From: a virus
Taxonomy: Duplodnaviria > Caudoviricetes
Length of the DNA: 57,940 nt
IMG/VR virus record: IMGVR_UViG_3300031951_000177
Coordinates: 1 to 57,940 of that record
Reading direction: 5' to 3' (one strand)
Shown: positions 16,300 to 24,464 of the stretch, in pieces
Position numbering within the stretch: position 1 is the stretch's first letter
How the letters are laid out: every line of letters begins with the position of its first letter
Notes under the pieces: generated by a model
Told to the model about the DNA's origin: nothing
Database searches by the model: none
Seen by the model: the letters and a program-made list of their open reading frames with translations, nothing else
Made by a program: the position numbers and the translations under genes

Positions 16300-17906
16300 A
16301 CCTTCGCCCCTACCAAGCCCGCGCTCTGGACGAGCTCTGGGAGTGGTTCAGCCGGCACGAGGGCGGCAACCCCATCGTCGAGGCGTGCGTCGGCGCCGGC
16401 AAGAGCCTGATGATCGCAGCCCTGGCGCAGCGCGCTGACGCCCAGTACCCGGGCACCAGGGTGCTGGTGCTGGTCCACCAGAAAGAGCTGCTCGAGCAGA
16501 ACATCGAGAAGCTGCTCAAGATCTGGCCGACCGCGAACGTGGGCCTGTACTCGGCGGCCATCGGCAAGAAGCAGATGGGCCGGCAGCTCACCTACGCCAC
16601 GATCGGAAGTATCTACAAGCAGGCGCACCGCCTCGGCCGCATCGACATCGTGCTGGCCGACGAGTGCCACCTGATCAACCCGAAGCAGGCCGGCATGTGG
16701 CGCTCCTTCATCAGCGACCTGGCCCGCTACAACCCACACACCCGCGTGATCGGCTGGACCGGAACGCCATTCCGCGGCAACGGCGTGTGGCTGACCGCAG
16801 GCGACGACGCGCTGTTCACCAACATCGCCACCCGCGTGACGATGAAGGAGCTCCTCGAGCTCAAGTTCCTGTCGCCCCTGGTGCCGGCCCCGACCGTGGC
16901 CCGGGTGGACGCACGAGACGTGCGGATGTCGGGCGATGACTACGTCGTCAGCGAGCTGGCCAAGGTCACCGACAAGCCCGGCCTCGTCGAGGCCACCTGC
17001 AAGGAGATCGTCGAGCTCGCACGCGACCGCAAGCGGTGGCTGGTGTTCGCCGTGACGATCGAGCACGCCGAGCACGTCAGGGACGCGCTACAGCGCCGCG
17101 GAGTGACGGCTGAGGTAGTGAGTGCGGAGACACCAAAACAAGAGCGTGCAGCCCTGATTGCGGCCTTCCGCGGGGGCAGGATCCGCTGCCTGGTGAACGT
17201 GGCCGTGCTGACCACCGGCTTCGACGTGCCCGAGGTGGACTTCATCGCCCTGCTGCGCGCCACCAAGAGCCCGGTGCTGTACGTCCAAATCGCCGGCCGC
17301 GGGATGCGGATCGTCGACGGGAAGACCGACTGCCTGTGGGCGGACTTCACCGACACCACGATCGAGATGGGCCCGGTCGATGAGGTCAAGGGCCGCATGC
17401 CCAGCACCAAAGGCAAGGGCGAGGCGCCCAGCAAGTTGTGCCCCGAGTGCGGCAGCAAGAACCTGGCGGCCGCGACGCAGTGCGTTGATTGCGGGTTCAA
17501 GTTCCCGGAGCCCGAGCGCATCAAGCACGGCGATCAGGCCTCGAGCGCGGCCATCCTCAGCAGCCAGGCCAAGACGATGATGGAGATGGTGCCCGTCACC
17601 GACGTGCGCTACCGCCTGCACCACAAGGAGGGCGGCACCGAGAGCCTGCGCGTGGAGTACTACGACGGCTTCCAGCGCGTGGCCTCTGAGTGGGTGTGCC
17701 TCAGTCACGACGGCTACGCACGCAAGAAAGCCGAGGCCTGGTGGGCCATGCGAGCCAAGATCGACGCCGTCCCCCACGACACCGAGGAAGCCCTCGAGTG
17801 GCTGGAGTACGACGACCAGATCCTGCGCAGGCCCGCGGCCGTGATCGTCAACCGGGCCGGGCAGTACCCGACCATCGTGTCCCACCAGTGGGACCAGCCA
17901 GCATGA
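16296..17906 (+). CDS. SF2 DExH helicase with Zn ribbon (RadD/YejH-like)
   Basis: LRPYQ, GAGKS, DECH, TGTP, LTTGFD, QIAGRGMR, CPEC...CVDC. Confidence 0.93.
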   Translation: MNLRPYQARALDELWEWFSRHEGGNPIVEACVGAGKSLMIAALAQRADAQYPGTRVLVLVHQKELLEQNIEKLLKIWPTANVGLYSAAIGKKQMGRQLTYATIGSIYKQAHRLGRIDIVLADECHLINPKQAGMWRSFISDLARYNPHTRVIGWTGTPFRGNGVWLTAGDDALFTNIATRVTMKELLELKFLSPLVPAPTVARVDARDVRMSGDDYVVSELAKVTDKPGLVEATCKEIVELARDRKRWLVFAVTIEHAEHVRDALQRRGVTAEVVSAETPKQERAALIAAFRGGRIRCLVNVAVLTTGFDVPEVDFIALLRATKSPVLYVQIAGRGMRIVDGKTDCLWADFTDTTIEMGPVDEVKGRMPSTKGKGEAPSKLCPECGSKNLAAATQCVDCGFKFPEPERIKHGDQASSAAILSSQAKTMMEMVPVTDVRYRLHHKEGGTESLRVEYYDGFQRVASEWVCLSHDGYARKKAEAWWAMRAKIDAVPHDTEEALEWLEYDDQILRRPAAVIVNRAGQYPTIVSHQWDQPA

Positions 17907-18097
17907 CCAAGACCGAGCTGAACATCCGCCTCGAGCTTCACGGCCGCGAGCTGCAGCGCCTGCAGTCGATCAAGATCAACTGTCAGAGCTGCGATCACTA
18001 CGCACGCTCTATGTGCCTCAAATTCCAGGCCCCGCCGCCCCCCGAGGTCGTCGCTCAAGGATGCGACGAGTGGACCTACGACTTCATCCCCTTCTGA
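17903..18097 (+). CDS. Small Cys-rich hypothetical protein
   Basis: MTKTEL...CQSC...C...GCDEW...IPF; ATGA overlap. Confidence 0.75.
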   Translation: MTKTELNIRLELHGRELQRLQSIKINCQSCDHYARSMCLKFQAPPPPEVVAQGCDEWTYDFIPF

Positions 18098-18099
18098 GC

Positions 18100-18351
18100 A
18101 TGAACGCAAACGACACCCAAGTGGCCGGCGACCACTACAAGCGCCAAACCATCCAGCCATGGGACTACATCGCGGCCAATGGCCTCGGCTTCTTCGAGGG
18201 CAACGTCGTGAAGTACGTCACCCGCTGGCGCGACAAGGCCGGCGTGGAAGACCTGCGCAAGGCCAGGCACTACCTCGACAAACTCATTGAGTTGGAGACC
18301 AAAGACGCCCATCACCCAGCGGGCAGCATCAATGCTGGGCGCAACCCCTGA
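18100..18351 (+). CDS. DUF3310 protein (T7 gp1.7 nucleotide-kinase-like)
   Basis: QVAGDHYK...IQPWDYI...GNVVKYVTRWRDKAGVEDLRKARHY. Confidence 0.85.
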   Translation: MNANDTQVAGDHYKRQTIQPWDYIAANGLGFFEGNVVKYVTRWRDKAGVEDLRKARHYLDKLIELETKDAHHPAGSINAGRNP

Positions 18352-18374
18352 AAGTTAGAAGTAAAGGAAGCACC

Positions 18375-18752
18375 ATGTTCAACGTCACATCACCCCGCAC
18401 AGACGACGCGGGCATCGAGCAACTGATCCAAACCAAGGGCAAAACCGCTGCGCGCATCACGCCTGCGGACATCGAGGACAACATCGCCAGCGAGCACTAC
18501 TTCACTGCCTCGGATGGATGCTACGGGCGCAATCCAGCGGACGTTCAGCATCACGAGGGGCCGCTGAGTCTGCTGACCTTCTGCGTCCTCGTGCTGCGCA
18601 ACGGCTTCACCGTCACGGGAGAGTCGGCCTGCGCCAGCCCTGAGAACTTCGATGCCGACATCGGCCGCAAGGTGGCCCGGCAGAACGCGGTCAACAAGAT
18701 CTGGCCGCTGATGGGTTACGAGCTCAAGTCCAAGCTGTCGGAGGCCGCATGA
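18375..18752 (+). CDS. Phage N4 gp49/Sf6 gp66 family protein (candidate nucleotide-signal sponge)
   Basis: LTFCVLVLRNGFTVTGESACASPENFDADIGRKVARQNAVNKIWPLMGYEL. Confidence 0.88.
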   Translation: MFNVTSPRTDDAGIEQLIQTKGKTAARITPADIEDNIASEHYFTASDGCYGRNPADVQHHEGPLSLLTFCVLVLRNGFTVTGESACASPENFDADIGRKVARQNAVNKIWPLMGYELKSKLSEAA

Positions 18753-19075
18753 GCGCCACCTACGCCATCGCAAACGTCCAGCATGCCCTTCAGGCGCTGA
18801 AGGAGAAGATCCCATCCGACCAGTGGGGCGAGACCCCGCTGCCCGTCATCGCCGCGCCAGGCTGGTGGATGGAGGAGGTCAGGAAGGAGATGGGCGTCGC
18901 GCCCGGCTTTGAGCCTGGCGAGATCCACGGCTGCCACGTCACCAGGATGGATACGTTGGCAGAACCAATGCTGCTTGATCACGATGGAAAGATGTACGCG
19001 ATCTTGCCCCAGTGGCTGAGAGCTAGCACATCCTCGAAGCTGGAGGTCGAAGATGGATCTGGCCAGATTGACTGA
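18749..19075 (+). CDS. Hypothetical protein
   Basis: GGAGG RBS, ATGA overlap. Confidence 0.75.
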   Translation: MSATYAIANVQHALQALKEKIPSDQWGETPLPVIAAPGWWMEEVRKEMGVAPGFEPGEIHGCHVTRMDTLAEPMLLDHDGKMYAILPQWLRASTSSKLEVEDGSGQID

Positions 19076-19559
19076 GCTGCTGAGCTACGACCCACAGACC
19101 GGCGCGTTCACTTGGAAAGTGACCGTCGGGAAAGGAGTGGCAGGCACAGTTGCTGGGTCAGTCCGCCAGAACAGATCCTGCAGTCACTATCGCAGCATCG
19201 ACATCGGGATCGGCGGGAAGAACTACAGAGCTCACCGCCTTGCATGGCTATTCGTCCATGGATCGCTGCCCGATGTTGAGGTCGACCACATCGACGGCGA
19301 TGGGACAAACAACAGGATTGAAAACCTGAGGCTGGCCACCCACAAGCAAAACGGAGAGAACACAAAGCGCAGGCGAGACAACGTGTCTGGCCGGCGTGGC
19401 GTGTCACTCCACAAAGCAACAGGTCTGTGGAGGGCTCGCGTGTCTCATCATGGAAAGGAGACATGCGAGTACTTCAAGACATTCAATGACGCAGCGGAGG
19501 CCGTTGACGCCATGAGGCGCAGCGCCTACACGCACTACCATGGAAGAGATTTAGCATGA
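19053..19559 (+). CDS. HNH homing endonuclease (HNH + AP2-like)
   Basis: LSYDPQTG, AHRLAW, VDHIDGDGTNNRIENLRLAT, GVSLHKATGLWRAR. Confidence 0.92.
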   Translation: MDLARLTELLSYDPQTGAFTWKVTVGKGVAGTVAGSVRQNRSCSHYRSIDIGIGGKNYRAHRLAWLFVHGSLPDVEVDHIDGDGTNNRIENLRLATHKQNGENTKRRRDNVSGRRGVSLHKATGLWRARVSHHGKETCEYFKTFNDAAEAVDAMRRSAYTHYHGRDLA

Positions 19560-19873
19560 ACCGCAACAGCTACCGCGAGCTCGAGCTCCAGGTCGTGCGC
19601 TGGGCCGAGGCCAGGCGCATCATCCCGAACGCCAAGCCACAGGCTCAGCTCAACAAGGCTCTCGAGGAGCTGGCCGAGCTGTTCAAAGCGGAGAGCCAGG
19701 GCAACATGCCTGGCGTCAAGGACGGCGTCGGCGACGTCGTCGTCTGCCTGATCAACTACTGCGCGCTCAAGGACATCGACCTCGTCGACTGCCTGGCCCT
19801 GGCCTACGAAGAGATCAAGGACCGCCGCGGCACGCTGATGCCCGACGGCACGTTCGTCAAGGAGGCGGCATGA
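19556..19873 (+). CDS. mazG: MazG-like nucleotide pyrophosphohydrolase
   Basis: WAEARRI...QLNKALEELAEL...KDGVGDVVVCL...AYEEIKDRRG. Confidence 0.87.
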   Translation: MNRNSYRELELQVVRWAEARRIIPNAKPQAQLNKALEELAELFKAESQGNMPGVKDGVGDVVVCLINYCALKDIDLVDCLALAYEEIKDRRGTLMPDGTFVKEAA

Positions 19874-20514
19874 GCTTCGTCTGTCCACTGCCGCCCGAGA
19901 AGGTCTTCGTGCGCGCCGAGTATCTGTACGACCACGACCCGGCCCGGGTCGGCCAGCTCATCGAAGGGATCTGGGTGAGCGTGAAGTCCATCCGCGGCCA
20001 GGCCTTCCGCTTCGAGACCTACCTCCCGGAGTTCGGCGCGCTGTACGACAAGCTGCCCCTGAGCGCGTTCGTGTGGCACGACGTCCTGGAGGAGGATGAC
20101 CAGCTACCGCTGGACGTGCTCCAGATCTGGGACTGCATGAGCTACCACATCGAGGTCATCGACAAGCCTTTCCTCAAGGGCTTGCGCGCTGAGTTCTTCG
20201 GCAAGGACAAGCAGCTTCACCAGGGCGAGTTCATGCTGACGATCGACTCGTGCAATCCCGACCCGCGAATCCCCGACTTCGGCTTTGCCGAGACGCCGGA
20301 GGAGCACAAGTCGTTCAACCTGCTGCGCCTGGACAACGGCCAGTTCGCGCTGCAGCCGAACAATCGCTGCAGGTTTTTCGACCCGTCGATCACGCACTCC
20401 AACCTGCGCATGCCGGACTTCAAGGTGTGCACCAGGATCTTCCGCGTCGAGAACACCGCGAAGTGGCGCCTGGGCGACACCGTCACGGTGACCTACGACG
20501 AGCGGGCCGAGTAG
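19870..20514 (+). CDS. Phage hypothetical protein
   Basis: 214 aa; VRAEYLYDH, GALYDKLPLSAF, QIWDC, EHKSFN, GQFALQPNNR. Confidence 0.82.
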   Translation: MSFVCPLPPEKVFVRAEYLYDHDPARVGQLIEGIWVSVKSIRGQAFRFETYLPEFGALYDKLPLSAFVWHDVLEEDDQLPLDVLQIWDCMSYHIEVIDKPFLKGLRAEFFGKDKQLHQGEFMLTIDSCNPDPRIPDFGFAETPEEHKSFNLLRLDNGQFALQPNNRCRFFDPSITHSNLRMPDFKVCTRIFRVENTAKWRLGDTVTVTYDERAE

Positions 20515-20515
20515 G

Positions 20516-23500
20516 TCAGTCTCGCTCCTCGCCGTCAATCGTGAGACCGGCCCTGAGCCGGTCTCTCTTTTCCTGCTGCAGCTCGATCTGGCGCTCGGCA
20601 TTCTCCGAGCTGATCGCGCCCTTGTTTTCCAAGCGGCGGATGCTGCGGATGCTGGCCTCGATGTCCCGGATGAGCTTGTTCTCCTGCGACTGCCGGATCT
20701 TCTCAGACAGCTCCAGGTCGATGGGCCTGGCCTTGATGCCGACGGTCTGCATGGCAGAGTAGGCAAGCGACACCGGCTGGCCCTGCTTGTCCACGCCGGT
20801 GTACTCGGCGATGCCAAGGTCCAGGGGTTTGCCCACTTGGTTGGCGATCACGTTCATCGCCCGCTCGAAGTGATTGTTGCCCACCGCGACCGCGGGAGAG
20901 AACTGCTTCCACGCCCAGTCGGCGCGCTTGGCCGCGGCCTCCGCGTCGGTGTCTGCAGCGGTCACGATGTCCTTGCCTCGGAACGTGTCCTTGTTGGCCA
21001 GCATCGCGTAGGCGGTGGTCAGGATCGGGTTGTTCGGCGTGATGGGTGCGATCAGCGGCACGCCGCCGGCGTTGTTGACCGCGTCGAACAGGTCGCCGCC
21101 CGGGAAGATCCGGCTCACGTCCAGGAACACGGGCAGGCCCGTCGCCTCGTCCATGCCCAGGCGGATGGACTTGTAGGTCCCCAGCGTCAGGCTGGCGCCC
21201 TTCATCCACTCAGGCAGGTTCTTGCGCTCGTCGGCCTCCAGGGCCTTGGCCTGGGCCGCAAAGTCCTCGTCAGTGAAGCGGCGCTTGATCAGCTCCCACC
21301 ACTCCTCGTCCTCGCCCGCCCCTGCGGCGATCGCGTACATGGCCGCGTTGATCGTGTACAGCGCCGCGGCCGGGGCAGCGTACCGCCAGGGGTAAGTCAG
21401 CGCCGTCTCGGCCATCGCCGGGATCGCCTTGTAGGTGTAGGCAAAGAACGGCAGGGCGAAGTCTCGGATGCGCCTGGCGTTCTTCGGCAGGTCGTCGTAG
21501 GTGAAGATGAACTTCTGGGCGTAGTCGACAGACTCCGCCGGTGTCAGGCCCTTCGTGCGCGCCTCGCGATAGATCAGGTAGCGGAAGAACAGATCCTCGG
21601 CCTCGTAGGCCTTGCCCATGGGCTTGCGCAGCCAGAACGACAGCGCATTCCACACGCCCTCCACCGCCTTGCCCGTCGGGCTCTCCGTCTTGGCGGCCAG
21701 CACCTTGAGCTGGTCCGGCAGGAGTTGGGTCATCTCGGCCTGGGTCATGGTGCCCAGCCACAGGCCGGCGTCCTTCGCCTCCTGCAGCATCGGCGCGTTC
21801 TTCACGATGTCGCGAGTGGTGGCGATGTACTTGTTGGCGTCCCAGTAGGACACGCCAGCGAAGTGCGCCATGGTCACGTTGGACATGATGTTGTTGGCGT
21901 GGCTGACCGGGTTGAGCACGGTCTTGCCTTCCTTCCACATGCTCATGCCTTTGAGGTACATCTTCAGCACCTCGCTCTGCATCGAGTCGTCGAAGGCAGT
22001 CAGGTGATCCAGTACCTCTTGGGGAACCCACATGCCGGCCAGCTTGCCGTACCGCTTGGCGTAGGTGTCCTCGACGTTGGTGCGCGGCACCTGCACGAAG
22101 CCTTCCTTCTCCTTCTTGCTGGCCACGGTGTCGGCGATGTTCTCGTACAGCCGGCCCAGCGAGATGTCGCGCTGGCTCTTGTTGTAGCCCATGACGAACC
22201 GGAACATGGAGTCCCGGATCTCGCCCATGTCGTCGCGCTCCTGGCGGGTGTAGTCGCGCCAGACCGTGATCTCGGTGTCGGTGTCGGGGTTGAAGTTAGG
22301 GTCGCGCTCCTCCCAGCCCTCGGCCAGCCAGGACTCGAGCTCCTCGACGGGGATGGTCTGGAACAGGCCACGGCCCTTCAGGCTGGAGCCGCCGATGCCC
22401 TGCATGGTCTTCTTGCGGCCAAGCAGCGCCTTGGCCGCCTTGACCCACCCATTGGCCTCGCTCTTGAGCTTGGACTCGTAGAAGCGCGGCAGGTACTTGC
22501 CGTCCCACCGGCCGGCCGCCTCGGGCGTCAGCATGCCCAGGCGCACCAGCTCCGCCGTCTGCTCGGACATGATCGACTGCATGCTGGCCGCCAGCTCGAG
22601 CACGCGCTTGGGCGGCTTGGCGCCACGCTTGAGCTCGCCCTCGATGACGTCGCTGATCATCTCGCGCTCTTGCTGCGGCAGCTCCTGCAGCTTGGTGGCC
22701 ACGTCCACCGTCAGCTCCTGGGCCTTGGAGATCTCCATCTTCATCTGCCGCATGGCACGCGACAGGTCAGTGCTGATGGGCTTGAGCGCCATCTTGTCTA
22801 GCACCAGGTTGGCCACGTCGGCCGCGTAGCGGTAGGCCTTGGCGCCGGCACCGAAGGTGAAGTTGCCCAGGTCGTCGCGTCCCAGGAACCAGGACTGCTT
22901 GCTGCGCGATCCAGCGCGCTGGCTGTAGCGGATGTCGGGGTTCTCGGGGTCAAACTCACCGCTGTTGCCGATGGCGGACTTAATCTGGTTCGATGAGAAG
23001 ACGCCGAGGTTCTTTATCTCTTCGTCCTCCTGAAGCTCCTGAACGTAGAACCCGTCGAAGTTGTTCTTCTTGATCCACTCAATCGCCTCTGGGCTCTCGA
23101 TCACGCGGTAGTCGCCGGCGTGGATCATCTCGAGGATGTCGCTTGCACCAGACGCCTCGTCTGGTGCGTCCTCGGCCAATTGCACGGCACTGGGCGGCTT
23201 AAAGCCAATGCTCTTGAGGTGATCGGCAAGAGCCTGCCTGTGCTCCTTGATTTCGTAGTCGAATGGGTTCTCTGCCTTGACGTAGACGGGGATGACGTTG
23301 AGCCCCTGGAAGAGGTCAGGTCCCCCCATCAGATCTGGCGAGAACGGCACACCAGGGAAGCGCTTGCCGAAGATCTTGGGCTTGGCAATGTCCTCGGCCG
23401 CATCGGGGTCGGGTGACACATAGATCGCTCCGCCAACTCCGATTCTGAACACGCCACCCTCGAGCGGGTTGTCGGTGGCGTGGTACATCACCTTTGGCTT

Positions 23501-23971
23501 CTTCGACCCATCGCTGAAGGGGAACTTGGTTGGCGTTCCACCCGACTCAAGCTCGGCAATCCTTTCGCGCGCCTTCTCGTTTTCTATTTTCAATGAGGCA
23601 ATCAAAGACTTTTGCTTCTCGATCTTGGGCCCCCACCAGTCGGCGCGATCGGGATCCTCCTTGAACCGCTCCTCATAGTCCTTCAGCTCGTTTTCGGCAT
23701 ACGGCAAGGAATCCATCTCGCGCTTGAGACTTGCAATCTCCAAGGCGCGGGCCTGATCAATAGTCCTTCCTGGCTTCTCAAGCACCTTGCTGTTGCCGAA
23801 CCATCGCTTGAACTTGGGCGTCTCAGTCTGAGCACGTCGGCTGAACATCGGGCCGCCCGCGCCCTCGATTGCATCCACACCGTTCAAGGCGAGGAAGGCC
23901 TTCATCTCGGCCATCCCCTTGATGGTGACCTCGCCTCCCGCGGTCTTGAACGTGTAGGTGCAATCAGCCAT
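20516..23971 (-). CDS. Large polyvalent ejection-type protein 2 (about 1151 aa) with an ADP-ribosyltransferase-like (ART-PolyVal) module
   Basis: AGGAG RBS + ATG 23971 (MADCTY). TPKFKRWFGNSKV...VMYHAT...IYVSPDP...VIPVYVKAENPFD...FDGF...VFSSNQIKSAIGNSGEFDPENPDIRYS, then a helical C-terminal region typical of podovirus injected proteins. Confidence 0.85.
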   Translation of the reverse strand: MADCTYTFKTAGGEVTIKGMAEMKAFLALNGVDAIEGAGGPMFSRRAQTETPKFKRWFGNSKVLEKPGRTIDQARALEIASLKREMDSLPYAENELKDYEERFKEDPDRADWWGPKIEKQKSLIASLKIENEKARERIAELESGGTPTKFPFSDGSKKPKVMYHATDNPLEGGVFRIGVGGAIYVSPDPDAAEDIAKPKIFGKRFPGVPFSPDLMGGPDLFQGLNVIPVYVKAENPFDYEIKEHRQALADHLKSIGFKPPSAVQLAEDAPDEASGASDILEMIHAGDYRVIESPEAIEWIKKNNFDGFYVQELQEDEEIKNLGVFSSNQIKSAIGNSGEFDPENPDIRYSQRAGSRSKQSWFLGRDDLGNFTFGAGAKAYRYAADVANLVLDKMALKPISTDLSRAMRQMKMEISKAQELTVDVATKLQELPQQEREMISDVIEGELKRGAKPPKRVLELAASMQSIMSEQTAELVRLGMLTPEAAGRWDGKYLPRFYESKLKSEANGWVKAAKALLGRKKTMQGIGGSSLKGRGLFQTIPVEELESWLAEGWEERDPNFNPDTDTEITVWRDYTRQERDDMGEIRDSMFRFVMGYNKSQRDISLGRLYENIADTVASKKEKEGFVQVPRTNVEDTYAKRYGKLAGMWVPQEVLDHLTAFDDSMQSEVLKMYLKGMSMWKEGKTVLNPVSHANNIMSNVTMAHFAGVSYWDANKYIATTRDIVKNAPMLQEAKDAGLWLGTMTQAEMTQLLPDQLKVLAAKTESPTGKAVEGVWNALSFWLRKPMGKAYEAEDLFFRYLIYREARTKGLTPAESVDYAQKFIFTYDDLPKNARRIRDFALPFFAYTYKAIPAMAETALTYPWRYAAPAAALYTINAAMYAIAAGAGEDEEWWELIKRRFTDEDFAAQAKALEADERKNLPEWMKGASLTLGTYKSIRLGMDEATGLPVFLDVSRIFPGGDLFDAVNNAGGVPLIAPITPNNPILTTAYAMLANKDTFRGKDIVTAADTDAEAAAKRADWAWKQFSPAVAVGNNHFERAMNVIANQVGKPLDLGIAEYTGVDKQGQPVSLAYSAMQTVGIKARPIDLELSEKIRQSQENKLIRDIEASIRSIRRLENKGAISSENAERQIELQQEKRDRLRAGLTIDGEERD

Positions 23972-24455
23972 TGCCCAGCTCCTGGTCAATCAGCAGCATG
24001 CCTGCCTTGTCGCCGCTCACCAGCCCCAGGCGCGCCAGTAGGTCGCCGTACTCGCCGACGCTCTTGCGCTGAACTTCGAGGAACTGCAGCAGGAACTGCT
24101 GGGTCGTCACGCACTTGCACTCGCGATACCACTTCTCGTAGTCGCGCATGAGCTGCAGCTCGGTCTCGTAGCCCAGTTCGATGGCGTCGACGATGTCGGT
24201 GGCCACCTCGGTGCAAGCCTCAAGCGCCGGCACCTTCGCGCTGGTGCCGCGGTCGTTCATGTAGTCGGCAATGAGCTGGTAGTGCTTGAGCTCGTCAGAG
24301 CTCTCGCCGGCAAAGAACTTCTGCGTGCCGAAGAACCCGACGCGCTGCATCTGGTTGGCGACGTGCTTGTACAGGTGCGAGGCGTAGAGCTCAGCGTGGA
24401 CCGCCTTGTTCAGCATGTCCTCGGTGGGCTTGTCGAGCAGATTGGAAACAGGCAT
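23964..24455 (-). CDS. Ferritin-like protein
   Basis: 163 aa; ELYASHLY, ESSDELKH, YMNDRG, YETELQL, EVQRKSVGEYGD match ferritin ferroxidase helices; GAGG RBS. Confidence 0.9.
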   Translation of the reverse strand: MPVSNLLDKPTEDMLNKAVHAELYASHLYKHVANQMQRVGFFGTQKFFAGESSDELKHYQLIADYMNDRGTSAKVPALEACTEVATDIVDAIELGYETELQLMRDYEKWYRECKCVTTQQFLLQFLEVQRKSVGEYGDLLARLGLVSGDKAGMLLIDQELGNG

Positions 24456-24464
24456 TGTGATACC

